A stretch of 64,000 nt of DNA from the NCBI GenBank assembly GCA_965218425.1, contig OZ244621.1, positions 3,712,001-3,776,000 of the forward strand, in the 5' to 3' direction. The stretch's first letter is position 1, and every line of letters starts with the position of its first letter. Source of the DNA: an uncultured Candidatus Binatia bacterium (GTDB lineage Bacteria; Desulfobacterota; Binatia; UBA9968; CAXXLF01). The notes below the pieces were generated by a model, which saw only the letters and a list, made by a program, of their open reading frames with translations, made no database searches and was not told the origin of the DNA. A program made the translations under genes and the position numbers. Positions 9,123 to 18,893 of the stretch are shown piece after piece.

Positions 9123-10016
9123 TCATTTTCCTATCTGTTTGAAGGTTCCGAGACGAGCCTTGAGGTTTGAAAAAATTGTCCGCGTGGCAAGGGATCTATT
9201 CAACGTGTAGAAATGAATCCCCGGTGCCCCCCCGCGTAAAAGCATCTCACACTGGTTGGTGGCGTGCTGGATTCCTACCTGGGTCACAGCCTCGTTGTCT
9301 CCTTCCACGGCTTCTAACTTGGAAAGAAGGTTGGGTGGAAGTTTGGCTCCACACATCTGGGTGAACCGCTTGATTTGAGTCACATTTGTAATGGGCATGA
9401 TGCCGGGAACGATGGGCACATGAATGCCAGACATGTCTGCCCGCCGAACCAAGTCGAAGTAATCTTTACTATCGAAAAAAAGTTGGGTGACGACGAATCG
9501 GCCTCCAGCCTCTACTTTCCTTTTGAGATTGGCTAGGTCCTCCTCCTTGCTAATGGCCTCTGGATGAACTTCCGGATAACCGGCCACTCCCAAACAAAAA
9601 TTCTTTTTTGACCGGATAAATTTCACTAGCTCGCTGGCAAACCGAAATCCGTCTGGATGGGGAACAAAGTCGCTCTCTCCCTTGGGTGGGTCTCCCCGCA
9701 GGGCCATGATATTTTCGATCCCAGCCGCTTCGAGCTCGTCCAGGAGTTCGAGTATTTCTCCACGGCTATGACCTACACAAGTGAGGTGAGCCATGGCCTC
9801 GATGCCGCTCCTCCGCTTGATGCGCTCTGTAATTTCGATGGTCTTTCGACGCGTGCTTCCCCCGGCCCCATAGGTCACCGACACAAAGGACGGGGTGAGT
9901 TGCTTCAAGGTCTCGATGGTCTGGAAGAGGGCATCGGCTCCCGCGTCATCCTTGGGCGGGAAAAATTCAAATGAGAATACAGGCTGTTCTTTTCCGAATA
10001 AGCTTTGGATTTTCAT
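9123..10016 (-). CDS. metF: 5,10-methylenetetrahydrofolate reductase
   Basis: SFEFFPPK, SVTYGAGGS, AHLTC, ALRGDPP, AGYPEVH, TQLFFD and HFYTLN. Confidence 0.97.
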   Translation of the reverse strand: MKIQSLFGKEQPVFSFEFFPPKDDAGADALFQTIETLKQLTPSFVSVTYGAGGSTRRKTIEITERIKRRSGIEAMAHLTCVGHSRGEILELLDELEAAGIENIMALRGDPPKGESDFVPHPDGFRFASELVKFIRSKKNFCLGVAGYPEVHPEAISKEEDLANLKRKVEAGGRFVVTQLFFDSKDYFDLVRRADMSGIHVPIVPGIMPITNVTQIKRFTQMCGAKLPPNLLSKLEAVEGDNEAVTQVGIQHATNQCEMLLRGGAPGIHFYTLNRSLATRTIFSNLKARLGTFKQIGK

Positions 10017-10039
10017 AGATTAATTAGGAAGAGCCGCTG

Positions 10040-10069
10040 AGGATAGCCGTCAATGGGGTTTCCTGTCAA
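10040..10069 (-). promoter_or_regulatory. Putative sigma70 promoter of metF
   Basis: Minus strand reads TTGACA-N18-TATCCT, ending about 24 nt before the metF ATG. Confidence 0.5.
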
Positions 10070-10073
10070 CCTG

Positions 10074-11520
10074 CCGTATTGCGCCATGTATAATCTAACC
10101 CTAAGACCATTCGTTGCGCCATTTGTAATTCTAACCCTCCAAGGGCTCATTTTAGGGCTCAAGGAGGGCAACCATGGAAGGATTCATCATGGCACGACGA
10201 TCCAAGCGGGAGTATTTACGATCCATCTATGACCGCTACCAGCACGCACCACGGGCGGAGAAGGGGATGATCCTGGAGCAATTCTGCAAGGTTTGCGGCT
10301 ACAACCGTAAATATGCCATCTGGCTGTTAAACCGCCCTGTGCCCGAAGTAGCCGTACGCAAACGAAGTGTATCTCGCTCGCCTGCATACAGTCAGGCGAT
10401 GGTAAGGATTTTGGCAAAGGTGTGGGAGGCCTCGGGGTATCTGTGCTCCCAACGTCTGAAGGCCGCCCTGGTGCACTGGCTGCCCTGGATAAGGCAACAC
10501 TTCGAGCTGAGCCAACCGTTAGAGATCCAGCTATTGGCTATCAGTGCCCGTCAGATGGATCGGCGCCTGAGGGCAACCAAGCACAGGGCGAAACGGCGAG
10601 TCTATGGCACCACCCGGCCCGGATCACTGCTAAAGCAGATGATTCCCATCAAGACCGATCATTGGGACGTGAACACTCCGGGCTATCTGGAGATTGACCT
10701 GGTGTTACACTCAGGGGCCTCAGCGGTTGGGGAGTTTATTCATAGCCTGGACTGCGTGGACATTACCACCTGCTGGGTACAGCGCAAGGCTGTCATGGGT
10801 AAGGGCAGCCTCGGTATCTTGAATGCGGTCACCGAGATCGAACACCAACTTCCTTTCCCCCTCAAGGGGATCGACTCCGACAACGGCAGCGAGTTCATCA
10901 ACAACCAACTTCTTACCTTGTGTCAACAACGCCCATCTGGCCGCGTCATCCAGTTCACCCGCTCACGCCCCTACAAAAAGGACGACAACGCCCACATCGA
11001 GCAGAAAAACTGGACCCATGTCAGAAAGCTTATAGGCTGGGACCGCTACGACACGGCAAAGGCCTTAGAGGTTACCAACCGACTCTATGATGAGCTTAGG
11101 ATCTTCCACAATCTGTTCCAGCCCTCGATGAAGCTACAATGTAAAATCCGTAAAGGCTCTCGACTGATTCGCCGCTATGACATGCCCCGTAGCCCCCTTG
11201 AGCGAGTGGTGGAGTCCCGAAAGGGAGATCCCAAAAAGCTGGCAGCCCTCAGTCACACGCTTAAGACAACCGATCCCTTTGAACTCTGTGGCCGAATCGA
11301 TGAGCAACTTCAGGGGCTCTACAAGCTGGCCAGCCATTCAGACAGAGCACCGCGGGAAAGGCCGCCTCTGAAACACACGCCGTGGAGGGAGTGGACGTTT
11401 AGCAAGAAACTGCAGGGCCAGCAACAGGAGATGAAACGACAGATGTCACAGAAGTTCGGTTAGATTTTGTCATGACGCAACGAACCCGGCTAGGGTTAGA
11501 TTATTTGATGGCTTGACAGG
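10074..11520 (+). mobile_element. Insertion sequence (IS481-related/ISNCY-type DDE transposase) with compound imperfect terminal inverted repeats
   Basis: Left end CCGTATTGCGCCATGTATAATCTAACCCTAAGACCATTCGTTGCGCCAT...TCTAACC aligns with the reverse complement of the right end, CCTGTCAAGCCATCAAATAATCTAACCCTAGCCGGGTTCGTTGCGTCAT...TCTAACC. CCTG is directly repeated on both flanks (10070-10073 and 11521-11524). Confidence 0.85.
10174..11463 (+). CDS. Transposase with integrase-like (rve) DDE core
   Basis: PGYLEIDLV, GIDSDNGSEF and RSRPYKKDDNAHIEQKN, an N-terminal HTH-like region (CGYNRKYAIWLL), and RBS AAGGAGG. Confidence 0.92.
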   Translation: MEGFIMARRSKREYLRSIYDRYQHAPRAEKGMILEQFCKVCGYNRKYAIWLLNRPVPEVAVRKRSVSRSPAYSQAMVRILAKVWEASGYLCSQRLKAALVHWLPWIRQHFELSQPLEIQLLAISARQMDRRLRATKHRAKRRVYGTTRPGSLLKQMIPIKTDHWDVNTPGYLEIDLVLHSGASAVGEFIHSLDCVDITTCWVQRKAVMGKGSLGILNAVTEIEHQLPFPLKGIDSDNGSEFINNQLLTLCQQRPSGRVIQFTRSRPYKKDDNAHIEQKNWTHVRKLIGWDRYDTAKALEVTNRLYDELRIFHNLFQPSMKLQCKIRKGSRLIRRYDMPRSPLERVVESRKGDPKKLAALSHTLKTTDPFELCGRIDEQLQGLYKLASHSDRAPRERPPLKHTPWREWTFSKKLQGQQQEMKRQMSQKFG

Positions 11521-11900
11521 CCTGCAGGTGAGCAAACCGCTCCGGGTCTCCAATGGAATTAACATCATCGACCTAAGAAGGTGTATCAATTGTTTGTGAC
11601 AGAGAGCTCGAGGGCCTGCATCAAAGAAAGGGAGACGTCTGATACCGGAGGTTCAGGCTGCTTTGTCATGCCGGACTACACGACGGGGCCTCGAGGTGGC
11701 GGCCCATCGGTTCCCGCTGAAAGGGCGCTGAAGCGAAGGGATGGCAACTCCTGTATAAGTAGCCACATACTCGTGCGAGAATCTCGAAGTAGACTCCTGC
11801 CGGGAGTAAATGGGGTGAGCGAGGGAGTGAAAACTATCGCATTGTTAATTGCCATGGGCTTTGGTAAGCTGATCGGAAATTTTCCTCGGCGGGTCGTATT

Positions 11901-14102
11901 ATGAAGCGCGATTTCAAAGTTGTCGGACAGAGCGTTGCGCGGGTCGATGCCATCGACAAGGTCACCGGATCAGCGAAGTTTGTGGGCGATATCGTCGTTC
12001 CCGGGATGCTTTGCGGGCAAATTTTGCGCAGTCCTTATCCCCATGCGCGGATTGTCGGCATCGATGCTTCGAAGGCGGAGGCCCTTCATGGCGTTGTGGG
12101 AGTGCTGACCGCAAAGGATGTGGCAGATGTAGACCCCTACTACAATGGACGCGCCCTCATTGCCATTGAAAAAGCCCACTACGTCGGGGAACCTGTGGCA
12201 GCAGTGGCGGCGGAGGATGAACAAACCGCACTGGAGGCGCTCCCGTTGATCAAGGTCGACTATGAGGAATTGCCCTCTTCGGCTGGTCTGGAAGAGGCCC
12301 TGCGCAAGGGGGCCCCGTTGGTCCATGAGGACCAGAAGGACAACATTTGCGGACATGAACATGTGGAAAAAGGGGATGTGGAACAAGGTTTCGCGGAGTC
12401 GGACGAGATCTTCGAGGATCACTTCACTTTCCCCATGGTGTATCATTACTCCATGGAGCCCCATTCCGTCATCGCGAACTTCAACGACGAGGGAATTACC
12501 ATTTGGTCCTCCGCCCAACATCCATTCCAGGTGCAGGAGGACCTCTCACGCATCTTCAAGCTTGCGATGACCAAGGTTCGCCTTGTGATTCCATACTTGG
12601 GCGGCGGCTTTGGCAGCAAATCCTACACAAAGTTCGAACCTCTGGTGGTTGCCTTGGCTCGAAAAATCAGGCGGCCGGTAAAAATCTGCCTCTCGGTTTC
12701 GGAAGCCATGAATACCGTTCGGAGGCATGGAGCGAGGGTAAGATTGAAGACGGGGGTAAAGCGAGATGGGACCCTGGTAGCCCGGGAGGCTGAAATTTAT
12801 CTCGACACCGGCGCCTATGCAGACAACGGCCCCCAGGTGGCGGTTCGCGCGGCCACCAGGGTGCTCGGTCCCTACCGGTATTCCCATATTCATAGCGATG
12901 CCTATGCTGTCTATACCAACCGTGGTGGGGCGGGTTCCTTTCGTTCCATCGGCGCACCCCAAACAATATTTTGCTGCGAATCTCAAATGGACAGTATTGC
13001 CGCCCGCTTGGGCATGAATCCGGCAGAGCTCAGACTCAAGAATTTACTCCGCAAGGGAGAAGTGCTTCGCCCAAAAGTCAAGGGCATGGATGCAAACCTT
13101 GCCACCGCGTTCAAGCGCCTGGTGAGTGTGAGCCACTGGAAGCGGCGGAGCAGGAAGAAGAATGCCCCGGTGGGGCTCGCCTGCGGCGCTACCAATGCGG
13201 GTGGACAGCCCATATCGGTATCGCTGGTCCGTTTACAAGGAGACTTGAGCGTATTGGTCATGGCAGGCAGCACCGAGATGGGGCAGGGGGTGAGGACCGT
13301 GCTTTCACAGATTGTGGCGGAGGAACTCGGTGTGCCTCTGGAAACCATCCATGTGACCGGAGCGGACACGACCATCACACCCTACGATCGTTCCACAGGC
13401 TCCAGTCGCTCTACGACCCTAATGGGGCTGGCGGTTCAGGCGGCGGCGGGGGATTTGAAAAAGCAACTCCTCGCAATTGGTGCACAGGCCTTTGGCGTTC
13501 AGCCCAGACAGGTTCGGATAGTGGATGGGGCAATGGTTTGTGGAGAGTCGAGACTGTCCTACGGAGAAGCCCTCAAACGTCGCTTTGGTGCGAAGGACGC
13601 CGGTGAGCTCGTGGGCAGAGGGTACGTGGGTCCTGAGGTGGCGCCCACCTTGCCGGTGCTCTGGGAAGTTGGCATGGGGGCCGCAGAGCTTGATGTGGAT
13701 CGAGACACGGGACAAGTTTCCATTCAGAGCTATATTTCAGTGGCGGATGTGGGTAAGGCCATTAACCCTACGCAGTGTGTTGGGCAGGAAGAAGGAGCAG
13801 CCATGATGGGTATCGGCCATACCCTCTTCGAACAAATGGTCTATGAGGGAGGACAACTGGTGAATTCCAACCTAGTGGATTACCGGGTCCCTACATTCGC
13901 GGATTTACCCAGGGAGTTTCACTCGGAACTCGTGGAAAACGGCGACGGTCCCGGTCCCTATGGCAGCCGGGGAATGGGGGAAGGGGGCATCTTTTCAGTT
14001 GCCCCTGCCGTGACCAATGCACTGGCGCGGGCTACGGGTGTTCGGATTTATGATCTTCCACTCACTCCAGAGCGAGTCTGGCGAGCCCTCAAAGAAAAAT
14101 AA
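11901..14102 (+). CDS. Xanthine dehydrogenase-family molybdopterin-binding subunit (orphan)
   Basis: DKVTG, MEPH, SAQHP, GGGFGSK, EMGQG, GMGEGG and LPLTPERV. Confidence 0.94.
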   Translation: MKRDFKVVGQSVARVDAIDKVTGSAKFVGDIVVPGMLCGQILRSPYPHARIVGIDASKAEALHGVVGVLTAKDVADVDPYYNGRALIAIEKAHYVGEPVAAVAAEDEQTALEALPLIKVDYEELPSSAGLEEALRKGAPLVHEDQKDNICGHEHVEKGDVEQGFAESDEIFEDHFTFPMVYHYSMEPHSVIANFNDEGITIWSSAQHPFQVQEDLSRIFKLAMTKVRLVIPYLGGGFGSKSYTKFEPLVVALARKIRRPVKICLSVSEAMNTVRRHGARVRLKTGVKRDGTLVAREAEIYLDTGAYADNGPQVAVRAATRVLGPYRYSHIHSDAYAVYTNRGGAGSFRSIGAPQTIFCCESQMDSIAARLGMNPAELRLKNLLRKGEVLRPKVKGMDANLATAFKRLVSVSHWKRRSRKKNAPVGLACGATNAGGQPISVSLVRLQGDLSVLVMAGSTEMGQGVRTVLSQIVAEELGVPLETIHVTGADTTITPYDRSTGSSRSTTLMGLAVQAAAGDLKKQLLAIGAQAFGVQPRQVRIVDGAMVCGESRLSYGEALKRRFGAKDAGELVGRGYVGPEVAPTLPVLWEVGMGAAELDVDRDTGQVSIQSYISVADVGKAINPTQCVGQEEGAAMMGIGHTLFEQMVYEGGQLVNSNLVDYRVPTFADLPREFHSELVENGDGPGPYGSRGMGEGGIFSVAPAVTNALARATGVRIYDLPLTPERVWRALKEK

Positions 14103-14515
14103 CAAAAAGCGTTACAACTCGTAAAATTACCAGTTTTTCGCTTAAAATGTGCCGAATCTTCTATGGGCTTGCAGACGAGCAGCAGCACAGAGCAGAGCGC
14201 AAAGCGTACAGCGTCGGGACCCAGTAATTAGTGTTAAGTTTTGTAGAAGCTTTCAGCTTTCTGGCGCTTGCTGTCTTCTGCCTACTTTTAATTAGTTTGT
14301 AGTCCTGTTGTCTCCGAACGCTTTGCGCTTATGCTCCACGCGCTTTGGTCTCTATGTCTCAGCGGTTAGGTTCGTAAAGGGATTGCTGTTTTCGCCCGAC
14401 ACTACCGCGCAAAAAATGACTCTGATCCCTTTTCGTGTTAAGCTGTCAGTTCGCGTTTGGTCTCGGTGTACAAGATTTCGGAATTGGGTAGTTCGAAGGA
14501 CTCGGGAGGCAAGCA

Positions 14516-15085
14516 GTGGGTGTTCTCATAACGGGGCTAGCTCTGTTCTTTGTCCCTCACTCAGTTTCTATAGTCAACCCTTCCTGGCGGAACCAAATGG
14601 CGGCGAGAATCGGCGAGGAGCGCTGGAAGGGAATTTACTCTTTGGTCGCCATCGTAGGATTCCTGCTCATCATCTGGGGTTACGGCTTGGCACGGCAGGA
14701 TCCGGTAGTGCTTTATGTTCCGCCGATCTGGCTCCGCCACGTCTCACTTGTTTTGCTGGTCTTGGTCTTCCCGCTGTTACTCGCCACGTACTTGCCGGGA
14801 CGCATCAAATCGGCGACCAAGCACCCGATGCTAGCGGCCACGAAGATATGGGCATTTGCGCACCTCCTGGCGAACGGTACCCTGGCCGATGCGGTGTTTT
14901 TTGGTTCGTTTCTCGTTTGGGCGGTCGCAGACCGGATTTCAATGAAGCATCGCGAGCAACGCCCCGTTGCGGGGGCGCCGTCCAAGATGAACGACGCCAT
15001 TGCCGTTGTCATGGGTCTCGCTCTCTACGTGGTATTCCTCCTTTGGATTCATGACTGGCTGTTCGGTGTATCTCCTTTCGGCTGA
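14516..15085 (+). CDS. NnrU-family membrane protein
   Basis: GLALFFVPHS, KGIYSLVA, KHPMLAATKIWAFAHLLANG and HDWLFGVSP. Confidence 0.88.
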   Translation: MGVLITGLALFFVPHSVSIVNPSWRNQMAARIGEERWKGIYSLVAIVGFLLIIWGYGLARQDPVVLYVPPIWLRHVSLVLLVLVFPLLLATYLPGRIKSATKHPMLAATKIWAFAHLLANGTLADAVFFGSFLVWAVADRISMKHREQRPVAGAPSKMNDAIAVVMGLALYVVFLLWIHDWLFGVSPFG

Positions 15086-15339
15086 ATACGGCCTTTCTAT
15101 GGGTAGCTCATGCCCGGCAGCAAAATTTTAATCGAGTCGTAAACAGTTCTAGGACGGCGGGGAGATGGGCTTCATGAAAAGAACACTTGTATTCTTCTGG
15201 CTAATACTAACCTTTGCGGAAGGTGCCACATTTTCCACGAATTTCCGGCAGATTTCCCCCGCGGCCTTCCCGCATCCGGAGAGAAAGGGGGCCATTCTAT
15301 GAGGAAGTACTAGCGGGGTAGTTGAGGAAGTCCCCTGGA

Positions 15340-15392
15340 GCGCGGTTCGACCGATTCGATAGGCTCACGGCCCTGATGCCCTCGAAGGGCAT
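15340..15392. repeat. REP-like element (TTCGAxxxGCTCA family)
   Basis: TTCGATAGGCTCACGGCCCTGATGCCCTCGAAGGG. Confidence 0.45.
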
Positions 15393-15422
15393 TGATCACC
15401 ACCTGGATCCATCCGTTCGTTG

Positions 15423-16121
15423 CTAGTGATCGATGAGCGAAAGGACTTCTTTCAAGTTCTGAATGCGTATAAAGTCCCCTTGCTGTCGAGCCTTGGGATC
15501 CAGCAGCACTCCTTTGATGCCTGCGCCTTCTGCCCCGGCGACGTCCGCCTCAGGAGTGTCTCCGACAAAAAGCACTTCGGCCGGGCTGACTTTATGACGG
15601 TTCAGGGCCGCTTGGAAAATTCCCGGGTCGGGCTTGGCGTGTCCAGCCTGGCTTGAGATCAAAACAGAGTCAAACTGTGATGCTATCCCGAGACCGTTAA
15701 GGATACCGAAAAGGCGGGAATCAAAATTTGAGATGCAGGAGAGAATGAGTCCCCGCTGGCGCAAATTGACCAGGGTTTCCCTGGTGTCGTCAAACAAGCA
15801 CCAGGCTTCGGACCGACTGAAATATTCAAAGAGGTCGGAGAAATAGTCATCAAATTTTTCAAAGGGCCCAAAGGGGGAAAATACATTGCGAACCAGCTCT
15901 TTCCACCAGTTGCGCTCCAACTCCTTGAGCCCTTCACCCTCGACTCCTGCGAAGGCCAGCGGTGGAGCGGAGGAATGACAGGCTTGAAAGCGCCGAGCCA
16001 GTTCTTTCTCGGAGACTTCCATCCCGTAGTTCTTCGCGAAAAGGGCGTAGCTTTGCCCAATGGGTCGTACGGAAGTAAAGAGGGTGCCCGCCGCGTCAAA
16101 AAAGACAGCCTTTAAGGACAT
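15423..16121 (-). CDS. HAD-superfamily hydrolase, subfamily IA (REG-2/HDHD3-like)
   Basis: FFDAAGTL, ISNFD, KPDPGIF and VGDTPEADVAGA. Confidence 0.92.
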   Translation of the reverse strand: MSLKAVFFDAAGTLFTSVRPIGQSYALFAKNYGMEVSEKELARRFQACHSSAPPLAFAGVEGEGLKELERNWWKELVRNVFSPFGPFEKFDDYFSDLFEYFSRSEAWCLFDDTRETLVNLRQRGLILSCISNFDSRLFGILNGLGIASQFDSVLISSQAGHAKPDPGIFQAALNRHKVSPAEVLFVGDTPEADVAGAEGAGIKGVLLDPKARQQGDFIRIQNLKEVLSLIDH

Positions 16122-16154
16122 GATGGGAGGCTTTTTGACATAGCGGCCATGCAA

Positions 16155-16182
16155 TTGCAACCATTTCAGGTTACGCTATAAT
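16155..16182 (+). promoter_or_regulatory. Putative sigma70 promoter of pncA (probably leaderless)
   Basis: TTGCAA-N16-TATAAT, followed 7 nt later by the ATG at 16190. No SD sequence. Confidence 0.5.
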
Positions 16183-16189
16183 CTTAGTG

Positions 16190-16777
16190 ATGCAGGCCCA
16201 CGACGCTTTAATCCTGGTTGATGTCCAGAAAGACTTTTGTGCGGGCGGTAATCTGGCCGTTCCTGAGGGGGACCAGATCGTCCCGGTATTGAATCAGTAT
16301 ATAGAGGAGTTCAAAGCCGCTCATTTGCCGGTGTTCGCAACCCGGGACTGGCACCCGGCGCAGACCATTCATTTCAACACCGGCGGTGGCGTCTGGCCGC
16401 CCCATTGTATTCAGGGCACCCCAGGGGCCGAATTCCATTCGAACCTTGCCCTGTTTAAAGATGTGGTCATTATCTCCTCAGGAACCCGTCCCGATGAGCA
16501 GGGGTTCTCAGGGTTTGAAGGCAAGGATCCGCAAGGCAACCCCCTTTTGGATCTGTTGCAACAACATGGTGTTGAAAGACTCTTCGTGGGAGGTCTGGCC
16601 ACTGATTATTGTGTGCGGTCCACGGTCCTGGATGCACTGAGGCTCGGTTTTCGGATTGTCCTAATCAAGAATGCCATAAGGGGCGTGGATCTAAAATCGG
16701 GAGACTCCCAGCGTGCCATCGAAGAGATGATTCGGGAGGGAGCGGAGATAAAAACGAGCCCGCCGGATTCCGATTAA
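16190..16777 (+). CDS. pncA: Nicotinamidase/pyrazinamidase-like isochorismatase-family protein
   Basis: VDVQKDF, TRDWH, WPPHC and GLATDYCV. Confidence 0.88.
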   Translation: MQAHDALILVDVQKDFCAGGNLAVPEGDQIVPVLNQYIEEFKAAHLPVFATRDWHPAQTIHFNTGGGVWPPHCIQGTPGAEFHSNLALFKDVVIISSGTRPDEQGFSGFEGKDPQGNPLLDLLQQHGVERLFVGGLATDYCVRSTVLDALRLGFRIVLIKNAIRGVDLKSGDSQRAIEEMIREGAEIKTSPPDSD

Positions 16778-16807
16778 CGAGTGCTAAAGCAGATGGAGGA
16801 ATACATT

Positions 16808-17623
16808 TTAATTGCTATGGTTTTTTCTTCTCCATATCAGGGTCCAGAAGGCAAAGGTCTCAAGAGCGAAGGGCCCAAACCCTAAAAACCCCAAAACCGG
16901 CATCTCGAAGATACGTGGCATATCCCAAATGGGAACAGTGTAGACCCACTTGGTATAGGCCCAATAATTCCAGAACTCCCAGAAAAAACCGCATAGAAAT
17001 CCAGCGATCAGTATGACTGTAGTCCTTCGATATTCACCATTGTGCCAATCCCAAAGGATGGAGCTACGACCGAACCAGTGGTTGATGGCATCCATTAAGA
17101 GAAACGGACCTACCCAAACGGACCAGAAAAAAAGGATAGGCAGGACAAGGGGGAGGACCGAGAGACAGATACCTATCATAAACGAGGCACTCTGCCAGTT
17201 TCGTGGGATGAGTGAGCCACCCCGGAGACCTTTCCTTTTTGGTAAGATGCCTTCCACGAACACTAGGGTCTCATGGAGTGCCGGAATAACGGTGGCGAAT
17301 GAGATGATTTTGGTTGCGGTTCCGATCCACACTTCTTCCGGGGTGTTGATGTAGAGCCAGTTTTTGATTGTGAGATTGTACCACTCGAAAAAATACCAAT
17401 AGAGGGCAGAGACAGGAAACATGAACAGGAACTCTCGCCGGCGATGGAGTGCAAAGGAAGTTCCATTGAGTCGGTAGTTCAGATAATCGAGGACGAAAAT
17501 ATAGCCGTACCAGAATAAGGGAAAGACGTAATGGGACCAGGGAAGAATATGAAAGACGCTCAGTCCTTCTCCAAGGATGATGAGCAAGAGTCCCAAAAGG
17601 CCGAGCCAATACATAGGATTCAA
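16808..17623 (-). CDS. Conserved multi-pass membrane protein of unknown function
   Basis: About 8 hydrophobic, Trp-rich segments. Motifs FEWYN, FWEFWNYWA.TKW.Y and FEMPVLGFLGF. Confidence 0.8.
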   Translation of the reverse strand: MNPMYWLGLLGLLLIILGEGLSVFHILPWSHYVFPLFWYGYIFVLDYLNYRLNGTSFALHRRREFLFMFPVSALYWYFFEWYNLTIKNWLYINTPEEVWIGTATKIISFATVIPALHETLVFVEGILPKRKGLRGGSLIPRNWQSASFMIGICLSVLPLVLPILFFWSVWVGPFLLMDAINHWFGRSSILWDWHNGEYRRTTVILIAGFLCGFFWEFWNYWAYTKWVYTVPIWDMPRIFEMPVLGFLGFGPFALETFAFWTLIWRRKNHSN

Positions 17624-17681
17624 CGGCGCCTTGTTAATTGTGCGACTTCTGGCGTTTAATGTCTATAAGGAAGCATAAACC

Positions 17682-18476
17682 ATGAGCCACGAGAACCATC
17701 TCTCCCATGAACTGGAGACCGCCGAAAGGGCCGCCAAAGAGGCGGGTGAGATTATCATGGCCCTTTACGGAAAGGATTATCAAATCAGAGAAAAGGGCAT
17801 AGGTCAGCCGGTGACCACAGCGGATCTGGAGGCCAATGCCAAGATTCAAGAGATTATCCTAGGCGGTTTTCCCAACGACGGTTGGCTTTCGGAGGAGAGC
17901 CGGGACGATCCCGGTAGGCTAAAAAACTCTCGAGTCTGGGTGATCGATCCAATTGATGGAACCCGGGAGTTCATTCAGCGCGTTCCCCAGTTTGCCGTTT
18001 CCATTGCTCTGGTGATTGATGGGTCTCCCGCCGTTGGTGTGGTGTACAATCCAGCCCGGGAGAAGTGCTTTGTGGCCGTGCGAGGCGTCGGCGCTAGGCT
18101 CAATGAATCCAACATCAAAGTTTCTTCTCGGAAGGACCCCAGGGGGGCCCGTCTTCTGGTGAGCCGCGCGGAGCGGCCTAGTCGTTTCCACCCTTTCATT
18201 GATAGGTATCAGGTGGAGCCCATTGGAAGCATCGCCTACCGGTTAGGCCTGGTGGCTGGGGGAAAAGGTGACGGGACCATTACTCTTCGCTCCGTGTCAG
18301 AATGGGATATCTGTGCCGGTGCCTTGATTGTGGAAGAGGCGGGTGGAGTGGTGGTGGATGGTGACGGGAGGAGTCTTGATTTTAACAAAGCGGTGCCCAC
18401 ATACCACGGCCTTGTGGCGTCCAATGAAAGTTTGTCCGAGGGAATTCGCGAAATTCTGGTTAAGCAAGTTCGATAG
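17682..18476 (+). CDS. cysQ: 3'(2'),5'-bisphosphate nucleotidase CysQ / inositol monophosphatase family
   Basis: PVTTAD, LSEE, WVIDPIDGTREF and EWDICAG. Confidence 0.85.
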   Translation: MSHENHLSHELETAERAAKEAGEIIMALYGKDYQIREKGIGQPVTTADLEANAKIQEIILGGFPNDGWLSEESRDDPGRLKNSRVWVIDPIDGTREFIQRVPQFAVSIALVIDGSPAVGVVYNPAREKCFVAVRGVGARLNESNIKVSSRKDPRGARLLVSRAERPSRFHPFIDRYQVEPIGSIAYRLGLVAGGKGDGTITLRSVSEWDICAGALIVEEAGGVVVDGDGRSLDFNKAVPTYHGLVASNESLSEGIREILVKQVR

Positions 18477-18505
18477 TATGGGCGGCAAGGACTCGAAGGT
18501 GAACA

Positions 18506-18826
18506 ATGGCTCGATGCGCTTACTGCGATGATTTAGCTGGACTATGGTCAACCATGTGTAGGGAATGTAAAACGCTCATGGCACGGGTGCATGAGCTCCG
18601 GGGCCGGGTAGGATACGGAGAGTTTCTGAGCGGCCTTGAACAGACAGGGGTTTCACCGAGCAAGATCATGGCCTTTCTTAAGGCAGATCCAGAGGGAAAA
18701 GGCAGCGTTCAAGACCAGGTTACGGCGGATATGGCCAACGAACTGCTAACCGTCATGGGAATCCCCGGGCGCCAAAAGCCAGAAGACGTGAAGCGCATTC
18801 GTAGATTCACTGGAAAAGAAAAATAG
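18506..18826 (+). CDS. Hypothetical protein with N-terminal CxxC...CxxC (putative Zn ribbon)
   Basis: MARCAYC...MCRECK. Co-oriented in an operon. Confidence 0.75.
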   Translation: MARCAYCDDLAGLWSTMCRECKTLMARVHELRGRVGYGEFLSGLEQTGVSPSKIMAFLKADPEGKGSVQDQVTADMANELLTVMGIPGRQKPEDVKRIRRFTGKEK

Positions 18827-18893
18827 TTATTCGTAATTCGTTATTCGGTCCCCAATATACGGTTTACGAATATACAAAGAACGAAATGCCGCC

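Noticed and set aside
11521..11900. 107-aa ORF and an NGINIIDL peptide resembling ribosomal protein S2
   Set aside because: Only a short match with stops nearby, no RBS and no other recognisable motifs.
15174..15302. 42-aa signal-peptide-like ORF (MKRTLVFFWLIL...)
   Set aside because: Too short and has no recognisable domain; at most a remnant.
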